From a virus, in the IMG/VR virus record IMGVR_UViG_3300009703_000002, positions 1-47,892 of that record: DNA of 47,892 bases; one strand, written 5' to 3'. The notes beneath the pieces are model-generated. The model ran no database searches and had not been told where the DNA came from. It saw only the letters and a program-made list of their open reading frames with translations. Both the position numbers and the translations under genes were made by a program. Shown in pieces: positions 19,624-27,133 of this stretch (positions are counted from its first letter, which is position 1; every line of letters starts with the position of its first letter).

Positions 19624-20100
19624 CTACTCATTGAGAAGAGAGCGAAACTTCTCTCTTGTTTGTGATAATTTAATTTCTAAACTATTCTGTTGGTTCTCTT
19701 TATCATCACATTTCTTTTGTAATGTAACTAGATTCTCCTGCTCTTTTTCTACTTTTGATTTTAACTTTCTTAAACTCTCTTGTTGCTTTTGTTTTGTTTC
19801 TTTAAATTCTTTTTCTAAAGCTTCTTGTTGTGTCAGATAAGTCTCTTCTAGAGTAGAAAGTCTTTTTTCATGTATTGAAATAATTCTTTTCTTTTCATTA
19901 TCAGACTGAGCTTTAAATTTTTCAAGTAAAGTTTTTTCATCTTCTAGTTGCTTAATTAAAATCTTCTTTTGTTTCTCAAGTTCAGAAACATTCTGGTCTA
20001 AAGAAGCAAGAGAAGCTAGAGCATTCTTAGCTTCATCAAAAGCTTTGAAGACACGAACAAATTTCTCAATCTCTTGCATTGCTAGTTGATGATTTTGCAT
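19624..20100 (-). CDS. Coiled-coil protein (158 aa)
   Basis: Almost uninterrupted Glu/Lys/Gln/Leu heptad-like sequence. Confidence 0.55.
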   Translation of the reverse strand: MQNHQLAMQEIEKFVRVFKAFDEAKNALASLASLDQNVSELEKQKKILIKQLEDEKTLLEKFKAQSDNEKKRIISIHEKRLSTLEETYLTQQEALEKEFKETKQKQQESLRKLKSKVEKEQENLVTLQKKCDDKENQQNSLEIKLSQTREKFRSLLNE

Positions 20101-20459
20101 TATTTATTTTTCCTCACTAACATTGAAACTGTCAAGTTAGTTGTACCATCTCCTCCAGCAACATTAGGACGTATCTGGACAACAAGCTCTGTCACAGCTT
20201 CTATCTGAGAAGTACTTATTGCAATGGCATTACTAAACGGATCATTAAGAACAGCCCAATTAACAGTATCATTTGTTCCTTCAATATTTACTAAGCCTCC
20301 TGCACCAAAAGTTCCTTCAACTTGAACAGACCTATCGGCATATTGAGCTAGAATAAAAGGAGCTCCTGTATCACCATTAGCCATATTAGGCCAAGACACC
20401 AACATGAATTCACTATTACCATCTATAGGGTTAGTTTGAATAGGGGTTATAACTGCCAT
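20100..20459 (-). CDS. Hypothetical structural protein (119 aa from MAVITPIQTNP)
   Basis: I moved the start from the track's 20513 to 20459, where ATG overlaps the TAA of the upstream gene (TAATG). Confidence 0.5.
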   Translation of the reverse strand: MAVITPIQTNPIDGNSEFMLVSWPNMANGDTGAPFILAQYADRSVQVEGTFGAGGLVNIEGTNDTVNWAVLNDPFSNAIAISTSQIEAVTELVVQIRPNVAGGDGTTNLTVSMLVRKNK

Positions 20460-20911
20460 TAGTTTACGGATACTCCTGCGGTTAGTGGTTGATACCTCAT
20501 TACAATCTTCCAAGTTCCTGTTGTAGAACCAACACCTACTACAGCAGTAATAATACCTGCGGGGACAACAATATCTACTGTTCCAGTAATACCAATACCA
20601 TTATTATATACAGCCAGAGCTGTTGCAAGAGTACCAGGAACTGTTGCTACAATAGTACCAGCAGTTTTACTAGATAAAGAAGCACTTGCTCCAGAGATAG
20701 TAACAGCACTACCATCATCACCATCAGCACTAAATTGTAGAGTAGAAGCTGTAGCATCATTATCTGTAATACATACAGCAGCAAGTTCTTTAATAAGAAT
20801 AGGGCCACCTGTTACTGTAAACAGTGTAGCCCCATTTACTAAAACAGCAGCATCTTTTGTTGCTGTCTGTATTTGTGTTTCAACAATATCATTAACACTT
20901 CTTGTTACCAT
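20459..20911 (-). CDS. Hypothetical structural protein (150 aa)
   Basis: ORF track; Thr/Ala/Gly/Val-rich. Confidence 0.5.
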   Translation of the reverse strand: MVTRSVNDIVETQIQTATKDAAVLVNGATLFTVTGGPILIKELAAVCITDNDATASTLQFSADGDDGSAVTISGASASLSSKTAGTIVATVPGTLATALAVYNNGIGITGTVDIVVPAGIITAVVGVGSTTGTWKIVMRYQPLTAGVSVN

Positions 20912-21466
20912 CTATTTAACTCCTTTAGCTACTACATGAAGGTTTAGTCGTTCCATATCATCAGCTAGGTCTTTATTTACTCCAGCTTCAATTCTACGTT
21001 CTCTTTCTAATTCAGCTTTAGAGTGTCTCCCAACTTTCTTAGGAACGTATCCTTTATCAGCAAGGTATTTAGCAGCAGCAACACCACGAGCGTCATCACC
21101 TTTACTTGCATAAATCATTTGTTTCATTGCCTCTGCTTTGAGACGTACATCAAGCTCTTCTCTCCAAGCAACAATATGGGAGCGAAAGGAAGAACGAGTA
21201 ATCTTCTCCCAATGCTCCCAAGAACCAAACACATCCATAGCAAAGTCATACTCAAAGCCGGGGATGTGATCGTAAGACATATATATCTTTTTCATAGAGA
21301 TGTAAGTCTTGTCTCCAACAGTATAATCATCATGACGTAGAGTGTACATAGGAGCAAACTCAGGATTAGCTTCTCGCTTAGTCTCCCAGAAGAGAGAGGT
21401 AGTTCTCATAATATTTCTTTCATCCCGCATTAGCGGGTGAAATTTACTTAAATTTATTTTAGACAA
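20912..21466 (-). CDS. Hypothetical protein, first gene of the leftward operon (184 aa). It could be a small terminase or DNA-binding protein, but this is unproven.
   Basis: ORF track. The basic C-terminal region (AAKYLADKGYVPKKVGRHSKAELERERR) and its position suggest DNA binding, but I see no decisive motif. Confidence 0.5.
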   Translation of the reverse strand: MSKINLSKFHPLMRDERNIMRTTSLFWETKREANPEFAPMYTLRHDDYTVGDKTYISMKKIYMSYDHIPGFEYDFAMDVFGSWEHWEKITRSSFRSHIVAWREELDVRLKAEAMKQMIYASKGDDARGVAAAKYLADKGYVPKKVGRHSKAELERERRIEAGVNKDLADDMERLNLHVVAKGVK

Positions 21467-21605
21467 GAGGTATGTCCTTGAAAGAGTAGAGATAGAAACA
21501 CCAAGAGTAAAGTTTTATCTTTTTAAAGATATAGTTCTCCTAAGGGTATGTATAATATATATGTTTTTTTATATATTGTTTTTAATTAATCTTTATTACA
21601 TGTAT

Positions 21606-21634
21606 ATTATACCATATTTTAAAGAGAAAGTCAA
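21606..21634 (-). promoter_or_regulatory. Near-consensus sigma-70 promoter for the leftward (virion) operon
   Basis: The minus strand reads TTGACT (21634-21629), a 17-nt spacer ending in TGG (extended -10 TGn), then TATAAT (21611-21606). Confidence 0.6.
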
Positions 21635-21800
21635 TAGGTAAATGAAAATAAATATCTGTATCTAAGTAAAACTAAGCGAGGTGTGTAAATTATTATCTTT
21701 GATAACACACCGAGCACTGAGTTTCAATCTATTTTATTATCCCGATTCTCATAATTTTTATTAGATTTTATTTTGGTGTAATGCAATATAATAAGTAATA

Positions 21801-21825
21801 CCCCTATCCCCCCTATACCCCTATT
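21801..21825. repeat. C-rich triple motif CCCCTAT / CCCCCCTAT / CCCCTAT
   Basis: cccctatcccccctatacccctatt read directly. It stands out in an otherwise very AT-rich spacer. Confidence 0.5.
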
Positions 21826-21859
21826 AGAATATCATTATATAATAAATTAATCAATTCAA

Positions 21860-21899
21860 TTGGCATGATTATTGCTTTATATTTTATGGTGTATTACAA
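21860..21899 (+). promoter_or_regulatory. TGGCAT-N5-TTGCT (sigma-54 -24/-12-like) element overlapping a sigma-70-like TTGCTT-N17-TACAAT promoter
   Basis: GG at 21861-62 and GC at 21873-74 have the canonical 12-nt register. TTGCTT (21871-76) plus a 17-nt spacer plus TACAAT (21894-99) is an equally good sigma-70 reading. Confidence 0.45.
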
Positions 21900-21961
21900 T
21901 ATAATCATATTCTCACATAATAATTATCTTATTACTCTATATTAATCAATCACTTATCATT

Positions 21962-21998
21962 CATTCTCATTATTGATAACTCATTCCCAATTATGAGA
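21962..21998. repeat. Palindrome-ended ~37-nt unit A (ATTCTCA...TGAGAA)
   Basis: The unit attctcattattgataactcattcccaattatgagaa has a second copy at 22028-22067. Confidence 0.6.
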
Positions 21999-22027
21999 AC
22001 CTTTAGAATCAATGACTTAGCCCTTGT

Positions 22028-22067
22028 ATTCTCATTGTTGAGACATTATATTCCCACTTCTGAGAAT
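22028..22067. repeat. Palindrome-ended ~40-nt unit B (ATTCTCA...TGAGAAT)
   Basis: The unit is attctcattgttgagacattatattcccacttctgagaat. It shares ATTCTCATT-TTGA and ATTCCCA-TT-TGAGAA with unit A. Confidence 0.6.
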
Positions 22068-22119
22068 AAAAATACATTAGCTTTATCTAATATATAATAA
22101 AATCAAACACTTACAATTC

Positions 22120-22135
22120 TGGCATGGGGATTGCT
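22120..22135 (+). promoter_or_regulatory. Second TGGCAT-N5-TTGCT (sigma-54 -24/-12-like) element
   Basis: The sequence is ctggcatggggattgctt, with GG at 22121-22 and GC at 22133-34 in the same 12-nt register. No sigma-70 -10 lies downstream. It also overlaps a small hairpin, ATGGGGAT/ATCCCAT. Confidence 0.4.
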
Positions 22136-22162
22136 TCTATCCCATTGCCCTTGTTGGCCCTC

Positions 22163-22180
22163 GTTCTTTAACAATCTATC
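22163..22180 (+). promoter_or_regulatory. rrn-type boxA-like element, copy 1
   Basis: The phage reads GTTCTTTAACAATCTATC; the E. coli rrn leader, as I recall it, reads GCTCTTTAACAATTTATC. A boxC-like AATCTGTGGGGG follows at 22230-22241. Confidence 0.45.
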
Positions 22181-22416
22181 CGATTCTATGGAGAGGTTGC
22201 CCTATGTGCAGCCAACCTGTGAATCTGCGAATCTGTGGGGGATAACTGCGTCTATCGCTTCCATTCCTCTTAACAGTCAAGCCCTTGCTACGCTCAAAAC
22301 CTGACAGCTATCTGTCGTCTGGTGTCTAAAGCTATATATGGCGGTATGCTGACTGAGAGTAAGCACTCACTCACTTCAAAATAGAACGCACCTTTCGAGG
22401 ATGGCGGATAGATTTA

Positions 22417-22449
22417 TTCTTTAACAATCAATATCTTATCTGTGATAAT
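22417..22449 (+). promoter_or_regulatory. rrn-type boxA-like element, copy 2, with boxC-like TATCTGTG. The alternative reading is a sigma-70 promoter, TTAACA-N17(TGt)-GATAAT.
   Basis: TTCTTTAACAAT lies at 22417-22428 and TATCTGTG at 22437-22444. The same bases give TTAACA (22421-26), 17 nt, then TGtGATAAT (22441-49). Confidence 0.45.
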
Positions 22450-22706
22450 CTAACCTGATTAATTTAGTATGATTATGTGACAGCAGATAAAACTATACCC
22501 TTCAGTGGGTTATCTGTATTTATGGGATAGCACATTAATACACACTCACACTTAACGAGGGGTAGAATATAAGCACATTACAGGCAATCGCTCTGTAATT
22601 CACCCTCTTATTATAATTTGCTTTGTAGTGTGTTTATATTCTAAGTAGTATCTATATGCTTAGATTCTTTGTATCATTTCAATAACTTAGAAAGGAAATA
22701 TATATT

Positions 22707-23246
22707 ATGAATACTCCAACTAAAAAACCTATGACAGAAAAAGGTTTTACTACCGCAATCAAGCAAATTACTAGCAAAGCTAACACTCTTGCTCAATCAG
22801 TGCATGAGGCGGGTCTTTTTGCTATCTCTCAATCCATCCTTCATGGCAATAACGGCTTTGCACAACGCTTGATTGAAGCTCTCGGTGGTAAACACGACCA
22901 TCATAGAGACGCTATCTGGCTCTGTCATTTTGGTAAACTAAAAATTAAGAAGGGTGATATTGTCTATCGCAATAAGCAAGACATTAAAACAGAAATGCAT
23001 GATGTTATCATGGCTAAGGCTGACTCAACTCCATATTGGGAATTGACACCAGCTAAAAAGCTCAATGCTAAAATTGACTTGCTTGCAATGTTGAATAGTA
23101 TTATACATAAAGCTGATAAATTTGCTGACCGCAAACAAGCAGGTGAACAGGTATCAGTAGAGCATGGTGAATTGCTTTCAGGAATCAATAAATTAATTGA
23201 TTCTATCAAGGTAGAACCTACAACAAAACCAGCATCAGCACAATAA
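22707..23246 (+). CDS. Early hypothetical protein (179 aa)
   Basis: ORF track. It is the first rightward gene, with RBS AAAGGAAA 8-9 nt upstream. Confidence 0.65.
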   Translation: MNTPTKKPMTEKGFTTAIKQITSKANTLAQSVHEAGLFAISQSILHGNNGFAQRLIEALGGKHDHHRDAIWLCHFGKLKIKKGDIVYRNKQDIKTEMHDVIMAKADSTPYWELTPAKKLNAKIDLLAMLNSIIHKADKFADRKQAGEQVSVEHGELLSGINKLIDSIKVEPTTKPASAQ

Positions 23247-23253
23247 GTAATGG

Positions 23254-23292
23254 GATGATATGATGAAAGTATTTCATATCATCTTTTTTTTT
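23254..23292 (+). terminator. Rho-independent terminator
   Basis: GATGATATGA (23254-63) pairs perfectly with TCATATCATC (23274-83) around a 10-nt loop, followed by a T9 run (23284-92). Confidence 0.75.
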
Positions 23293-23306
23293 AGTAAGGA
23301 AATAAA

Positions 23307-23417
23307 ATGAAAACTACAACTCCAACAGCAACAAACCAGCAAATTATTGATACTCATAATAAATGGTATCAATCTGTTAAAGAAGAATATCTACAGCAAT
23401 CTCGTATGAGGTTTTAA
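23307..23417 (+). CDS. Micro-ORF, 36 aa (MKTTTPTATNQQIIDTHNKWYQSVKEEYLQQSRMRF)
   Basis: Manual translation; RBS TAAGGAAATAAA precedes the ATG. Confidence 0.4.
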   Translation: MKTTTPTATNQQIIDTHNKWYQSVKEEYLQQSRMRF

Positions 23418-23546
23418 TCGGTCATCACATACTAATAAAGCCTCTATTTATTACTTTTATAGTGGGGAACATAATTTTATAGCGGATTTTATCCATCCTA
23501 TTTATGTGATAAAAGCAGAGATTCTTAATAAAAAGGAAATTAATAT

Positions 23547-24560
23547 ATGAATAAGTACAGCTTAGAACAAAGGGTCTTTCTTTATGTAGAAAACACAAAG
23601 CTATTTAGAATAAAAGCCCTGAAAGACTTTGGTAATGTAAAGAAAGGTGACTACGGCGGATTTGTAGAGTCTGAGAAGAACCTATCTCAAGAAGGTAATG
23701 CTTGGGTATTTGGTAATGCTCAGGTATTTAGTAATGCTCAGGTATTTGGTGATGCTCGGGTATACGGTAATGCTCGGGTATTTGGTAATGCTAAGGTATA
23801 CGGTGATGCTAAGGTATACGGTGATGCTAAGGTATTTGGTAATGCTTGGGTATCTGGTAATGCTCGGGTATACGGTGATGCTCGGGTATTTAGTAATGCT
23901 CGGGTATCTGGTAATGCTTGGGTATCTGGTAATGCTCGGGTATTTAGTAATGTTCGGGTATACGGTGATGCTCGGGTATTTGGTAATGCTTGGGTATCTG
24001 GTAATGCTAAGGTATTTGGTAATGATTGGGTATCTGGTAATGCTCGGGTATTTAGTAATGTTCGGGTATACGGTGATGCTCGGGTATTTGGTAATGCTAA
24101 GGTATTTGGTGATGCTCGGGTATCTGGTAATGCTGAGGTATATGGTAATGCTCAGGTATATGGTAATGCTTGGGTATCTGGTAATGCTAAGGTATTTGGT
24201 GATGCTCGGGTATATGGTGATGCTAAGGTATACGGTGATGCTAAGGTATTTGGTAATGCTTGGGTATCTGGTAATGCTAAGGTATTTGGTGATGCTCGGG
24301 TATTTGGTAATGCTCAGGTATCTGGTAATGCTTGGGTATCTATAGAACCTTTCTTATTATCAGGTGGGAAATATAAGATAACTATTACAAACAAACATAT
24401 TGCAATAGGTTGTCAGCAACATACTTTTAAGCAATGGCATTCTTTTACTGACAAGGAAATTTTTGCTATGGATACAGGAGCTCTAACTTGGTGGAAAAAA
24501 TGGAAAGGTATGGTATTAAGTTTATACTTAGCTCATGAAGAAGCTTTGTCTAAGCGGTAA
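23547..24560 (+). CDS. Hexapeptide-repeat (left-handed beta-helix-like) protein: 49-aa N-domain, 36 tandem hexapeptides, 73-aa C-domain
   Basis: G[ND]A[QRKWE]V[FYS] repeats 36 times without a break. The N-domain is LFRIKALKDFGNVKKGDYGGFVESEKNLSQEGNAWV. RBS AAAAGGAAA. Confidence 0.8.
   Translation: MNKYSLEQRVFLYVENTKLFRIKALKDFGNVKKGDYGGFVESEKNLSQEGNAWVFGNAQVFSNAQVFGDARVYGNARVFGNAKVYGDAKVYGDAKVFGNAWVSGNARVYGDARVFSNARVSGNAWVSGNARVFSNVRVYGDARVFGNAWVSGNAKVFGNDWVSGNARVFSNVRVYGDARVFGNAKVFGDARVSGNAEVYGNAQVYGNAWVSGNAKVFGDARVYGDAKVYGDAKVFGNAWVSGNAKVFGDARVFGNAQVSGNAWVSIEPFLLSGGKYKITITNKHIAIGCQQHTFKQWHSFTDKEIFAMDTGALTWWKKWKGMVLSLYLAHEEALSKR
23694..24341 (+). repeat. 36 tandem copies of an 18-bp unit (GGTAATGCTNNGGTATNT)
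   Basis: Counted directly: 648 bp with no spacers, all in frame with 23547-24560. Confidence 0.95.
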
Positions 24561-24612
24561 GGTAAGTTTATCACCTATATTAAAGATAAACAAATAAAAA
24601 AAGGTAATCATT

Positions 24613-24909
24613 ATGAAAAAGAATATACTTAATGTTATTGGTAAAGTAAATCCTAGAGCTGCACAGGTATTTGCCAAAATGAATCGGAGACAAAGTAGTA
24701 ATGTCATTGATGTTAATTTTAACAGACAAGATGGGTCGGTCATTGCTCTGTCTGATAGAGTCTTAAATGTAATGGGAAAAGTAGAGCCTCGTCGTTATGT
24801 ATCACAACCTATGCCAGTAACTTATTCAAAATTAAAACGTATCTTCTTTGACCACACTACACCTAATGCAATGCAAGAGGCTTTTATGGGTATATTCTTA
24901 CGAGGTTAA
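24613..24909 (+). CDS. Hypothetical protein (98 aa) with an internal duplication (LNVIGKVNPR / LNVMGKVEPR)
   Basis: ORF track. Confidence 0.55.
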   Translation: MKKNILNVIGKVNPRAAQVFAKMNRRQSSNVIDVNFNRQDGSVIALSDRVLNVMGKVEPRRYVSQPMPVTYSKLKRIFFDHTTPNAMQEAFMGIFLRG

Positions 24910-24935
24910 ACTACGATGAAATATAAATTAGGTAC

Positions 24936-24964
24936 TTGACAAAAAGAAATTGATTCTTTAGTTA
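24936..24964 (+). promoter_or_regulatory. Possible sigma-70 promoter (TTGACA-N17-TAGTTA)
   Basis: Perfect -35 in the same ctTGACA context as the 32627 and 36903 promoters, but the -10 is weak. Confidence 0.3.
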
Positions 24965-25057
24965 CATTCTGTGATTCTCGTAAAATTAACTGAGGTCGGT
25001 CATGAGGCAGTACCGTGTGCCTATTTCAAACACGGTAATTTGTATTAAGGAATAAAT

Positions 25058-25243
25058 ATGAAAATTATCTATTTGAGTTTTGGTTTTGCTGATGTATTTC
25101 TTGGAGAGGGTTGGGAAAGTTGGACTCGAATCCGTGTTAATAAGAAAACAAAACATATTAAACACGTAGCAGGTAAACATCTTTCTGCTATTCAGTTAAA
25201 AAAGGTGTATTCTCTTGTATTTTCTGATAGAAAGGTTAAATAA
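25058..25243 (+). CDS. Hypothetical protein (61 aa)
   Basis: ORF track; RBS TAAGGAATAAAT precedes the ATG. Confidence 0.45.
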   Translation: MKIIYLSFGFADVFLGEGWESWTRIRVNKKTKHIKHVAGKHLSAIQLKKVYSLVFSDRKVK

Positions 25244-25328
25244 TGAATGAAAATCTAGCTAAAGCTTTTGTAACACTTCTTAATAAAACAATTAGTGGGG
25301 TTGAAGAAGGCATCTCTTGAGATAATCA

Positions 25329-25356
25329 AAATATATTTTGCTCCTAAAATATATTT
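25329..25356. repeat. AT-only 11-bp inverted repeat (AAATATATTTT-gctcct-AAAATATATTT)
   Basis: Read directly. It lies in the gap upstream of 25402. Confidence 0.5.
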
Positions 25357-25401
25357 AATTGAGTATGTAACAACCTTTGTTAAATAAAAGGAGAAATAAA
25401 T

Positions 25402-25782
25402 ATGTATTTTTATTTAGGTTTAGTGTCCTTTATTGTTTTATTTAGTTTGCTATGGTATAAATCTACCATAAAAATAACTCTTATGAAACCAAGTAAAGTT
25501 CTTGAGTATATTAAGAAAAACTTTCAAAATAAGAAAGAGACTTCTAGTTACATTTGTATTAATTTAGAGGATTGTTATAGAAAAGGTCTTATAAAAAGAA
25601 CAGTTTATGATGAAATTCGTTCATTTATATCTCAACAATTAGAAGGCTGTGCATCATATGAGGGTTGGTTGATTGAAAAACGTTCTTTTCCTTATAAGAC
25701 AATTAAAAATACAGATTTACGTGAAGAGCGTATTAAGTGGCTTGGTAGTATGATTGATTATTATAAAGCTAGAGGAAGGTAA
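25402..25782 (+). CDS. Hypothetical membrane-anchored protein (126 aa)
   Basis: N-terminal hydrophobic segment YFYLGLVSFIVLFSLLWY; strong RBS AAAGGAGAAA. Confidence 0.6.
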   Translation: MYFYLGLVSFIVLFSLLWYKSTIKITLMKPSKVLEYIKKNFQNKKETSSYICINLEDCYRKGLIKRTVYDEIRSFISQQLEGCASYEGWLIEKRSFPYKTIKNTDLREERIKWLGSMIDYYKARGR

Positions 25783-25784
25783 GA

Positions 25785-26324
25785 ATGAAAAAACCACTTA
25801 TTTTGTGGGGAGGAACAGATATTGGGACACACTTATACAATGAAGAGCCTTCTTCATTTACTGAGAAGCCTGACGTTCCTCGTGATATTAATGAAGAATT
25901 ATTAGTAAAAGAAGCTATTAAAAAAGGACAACCTATTATAGGTATTTGTCGAGGTTCACAACTTCTTTGTGCTCTTAATGGAGGGAAATTATGGCAACAT
26001 AGTAAAACAAAGCAACAAAGTCATTCTATTGTTGTGGTTAAGGATGGACATTTAATTTCTATGTGTCCAGCAGACCATCATCAAATAATGATTCCTAAAG
26101 GAGATTTTGAAATCCTTGCTTATAGTCCTCATACTTCTTATATCTGGGACGAAGAGCAACAAACTTACTTTGAGGTTATAGATACACCAGAAGTGGTTTG
26201 GTTTCCTAAGACTAAGTGTCTTGCAATACAACCACATCCTGAATGGACAACTAAGGAACATCCTTTTGTTCAGTGGATAAATAAAGTAATACAAGAGTTA
26301 GATATTAATTATGAATTTAAATAA
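25785..26324 (+). CDS. Class I glutamine amidotransferase / peptidase C26-like (gamma-glutamyl hydrolase-like) protein (179 aa)
   Basis: Nucleophile elbow PIIGICRGSQLL and the His-Pro-Glu motif IQPHPEW. Confidence 0.7.
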   Translation: MKKPLILWGGTDIGTHLYNEEPSSFTEKPDVPRDINEELLVKEAIKKGQPIIGICRGSQLLCALNGGKLWQHSKTKQQSHSIVVVKDGHLISMCPADHHQIMIPKGDFEILAYSPHTSYIWDEEQQTYFEVIDTPEVVWFPKTKCLAIQPHPEWTTKEHPFVQWINKVIQELDINYEFK

Positions 26325-26335
26325 GAAAGGTACTT

Positions 26336-27124
26336 ATGTTTGATACTATTGGAACAGATATAGAAGTTTTTGGTCTTTCTAAAACAGGAAAACCCTCTGC
26401 TATATGTGGTAAAATTGGAGGGACTAAAGAAAAACCTTTACAATTAAAAGAACATCCTAAGGGATTCTCTATTCAAGAGGATAATGTTGCCTTGGAATAT
26501 AATATTCCTGCTTGTGTTGACGTTCGTCAGTTTATATCTTATGTAGAACATATGAACATTGAGACAGATAAAATCCTTAAAAAACAAAACTTAACTAAAT
26601 CAAAAGAGTGTGCTCTGGAATTTAGTAAAGAAGAATTATCTCACCCTAATGCCCTTATTTTTGGATGTGAACCTGATTATAATGCTTGGAAATTAGTTGA
26701 GAATAAAAAACCTCTTTCTGAAAATAAATCTTTGCGTACTTGTGGAGGACATATTCATGTAGGGACACAGGCTCCTATTATAGAAGTTGTTAAATGGATG
26801 GATTTACTTCTTGGAATTCCTTCTGTTATTCTAGATGATTCTCCACAATCAATTAAACGAAGACTTTTATATGGAAAAGCTGGAGCTATGCGTCCTAAAA
26901 GCTATGGTTTAGAATATAGGGTTTTATCTAATTTCTGGACTTTTAAAAACTCTTTGGTTTCTTGGGTCGGTCATCAAACAGCATATGCTGTTGATAAAGC
27001 CCTTCTTGTAGAGCCTATTCAGAAGTCTTTAGGGCAAAGAATTCAGAATTGCATTAATACAGGGGACAAGAAAGAAGCTTTGTCTTTAATTAAAAAGTTT
27101 AATATTAATATGCCTTCTAAATAG
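26336..27124 (+). CDS. Glutamine-synthetase/GCS2-like COOH-NH2 ligase (phage amidoligase type 2-like) (262 aa)
   Basis: GTDIEVF, VALEYNIP and CGGHIHVG strands resemble the phiEco32-type COOH-NH2 ligase family as I recall it. Needs profile confirmation. Confidence 0.5.
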   Translation: MFDTIGTDIEVFGLSKTGKPSAICGKIGGTKEKPLQLKEHPKGFSIQEDNVALEYNIPACVDVRQFISYVEHMNIETDKILKKQNLTKSKECALEFSKEELSHPNALIFGCEPDYNAWKLVENKKPLSENKSLRTCGGHIHVGTQAPIIEVVKWMDLLLGIPSVILDDSPQSIKRRLLYGKAGAMRPKSYGLEYRVLSNFWTFKNSLVSWVGHQTAYAVDKALLVEPIQKSLGQRIQNCINTGDKKEALSLIKKFNINMPSK

Positions 27125-27133
27125 AGGAGAGAA

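Noticed and set aside
21467-22706. Hidden protein-coding gene, integrase or repressor in the 1.2-kb control region
   Set aside because: I saw no ORF of meaningful length with an RBS in either strand. The region is dominated by repeats, promoter-like elements and structured GC-richer sequence.
23694-24341. Possible CRISPR array, given the regular short repeats
   Set aside because: The repeats are contiguous with no spacers. The unit is 18 bp, in frame and coding, and no cas genes are present.
23698-24345. 215-aa track ORF MLGYLVMLRYLV... in an alternative frame of the repeat gene
   Set aside because: It is simply the 18-bp tandem array read in another frame. It has no RBS, and the in-frame hexapeptide protein has proper N- and C-terminal domains.
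25007-25040. Hairpin TACCGTGT-N11-ACACGGTA as a terminator upstream of 25058
   Set aside because: It has a short stem, a large loop and only a weak interrupted T tract. That is not convincing enough to list as a feature.
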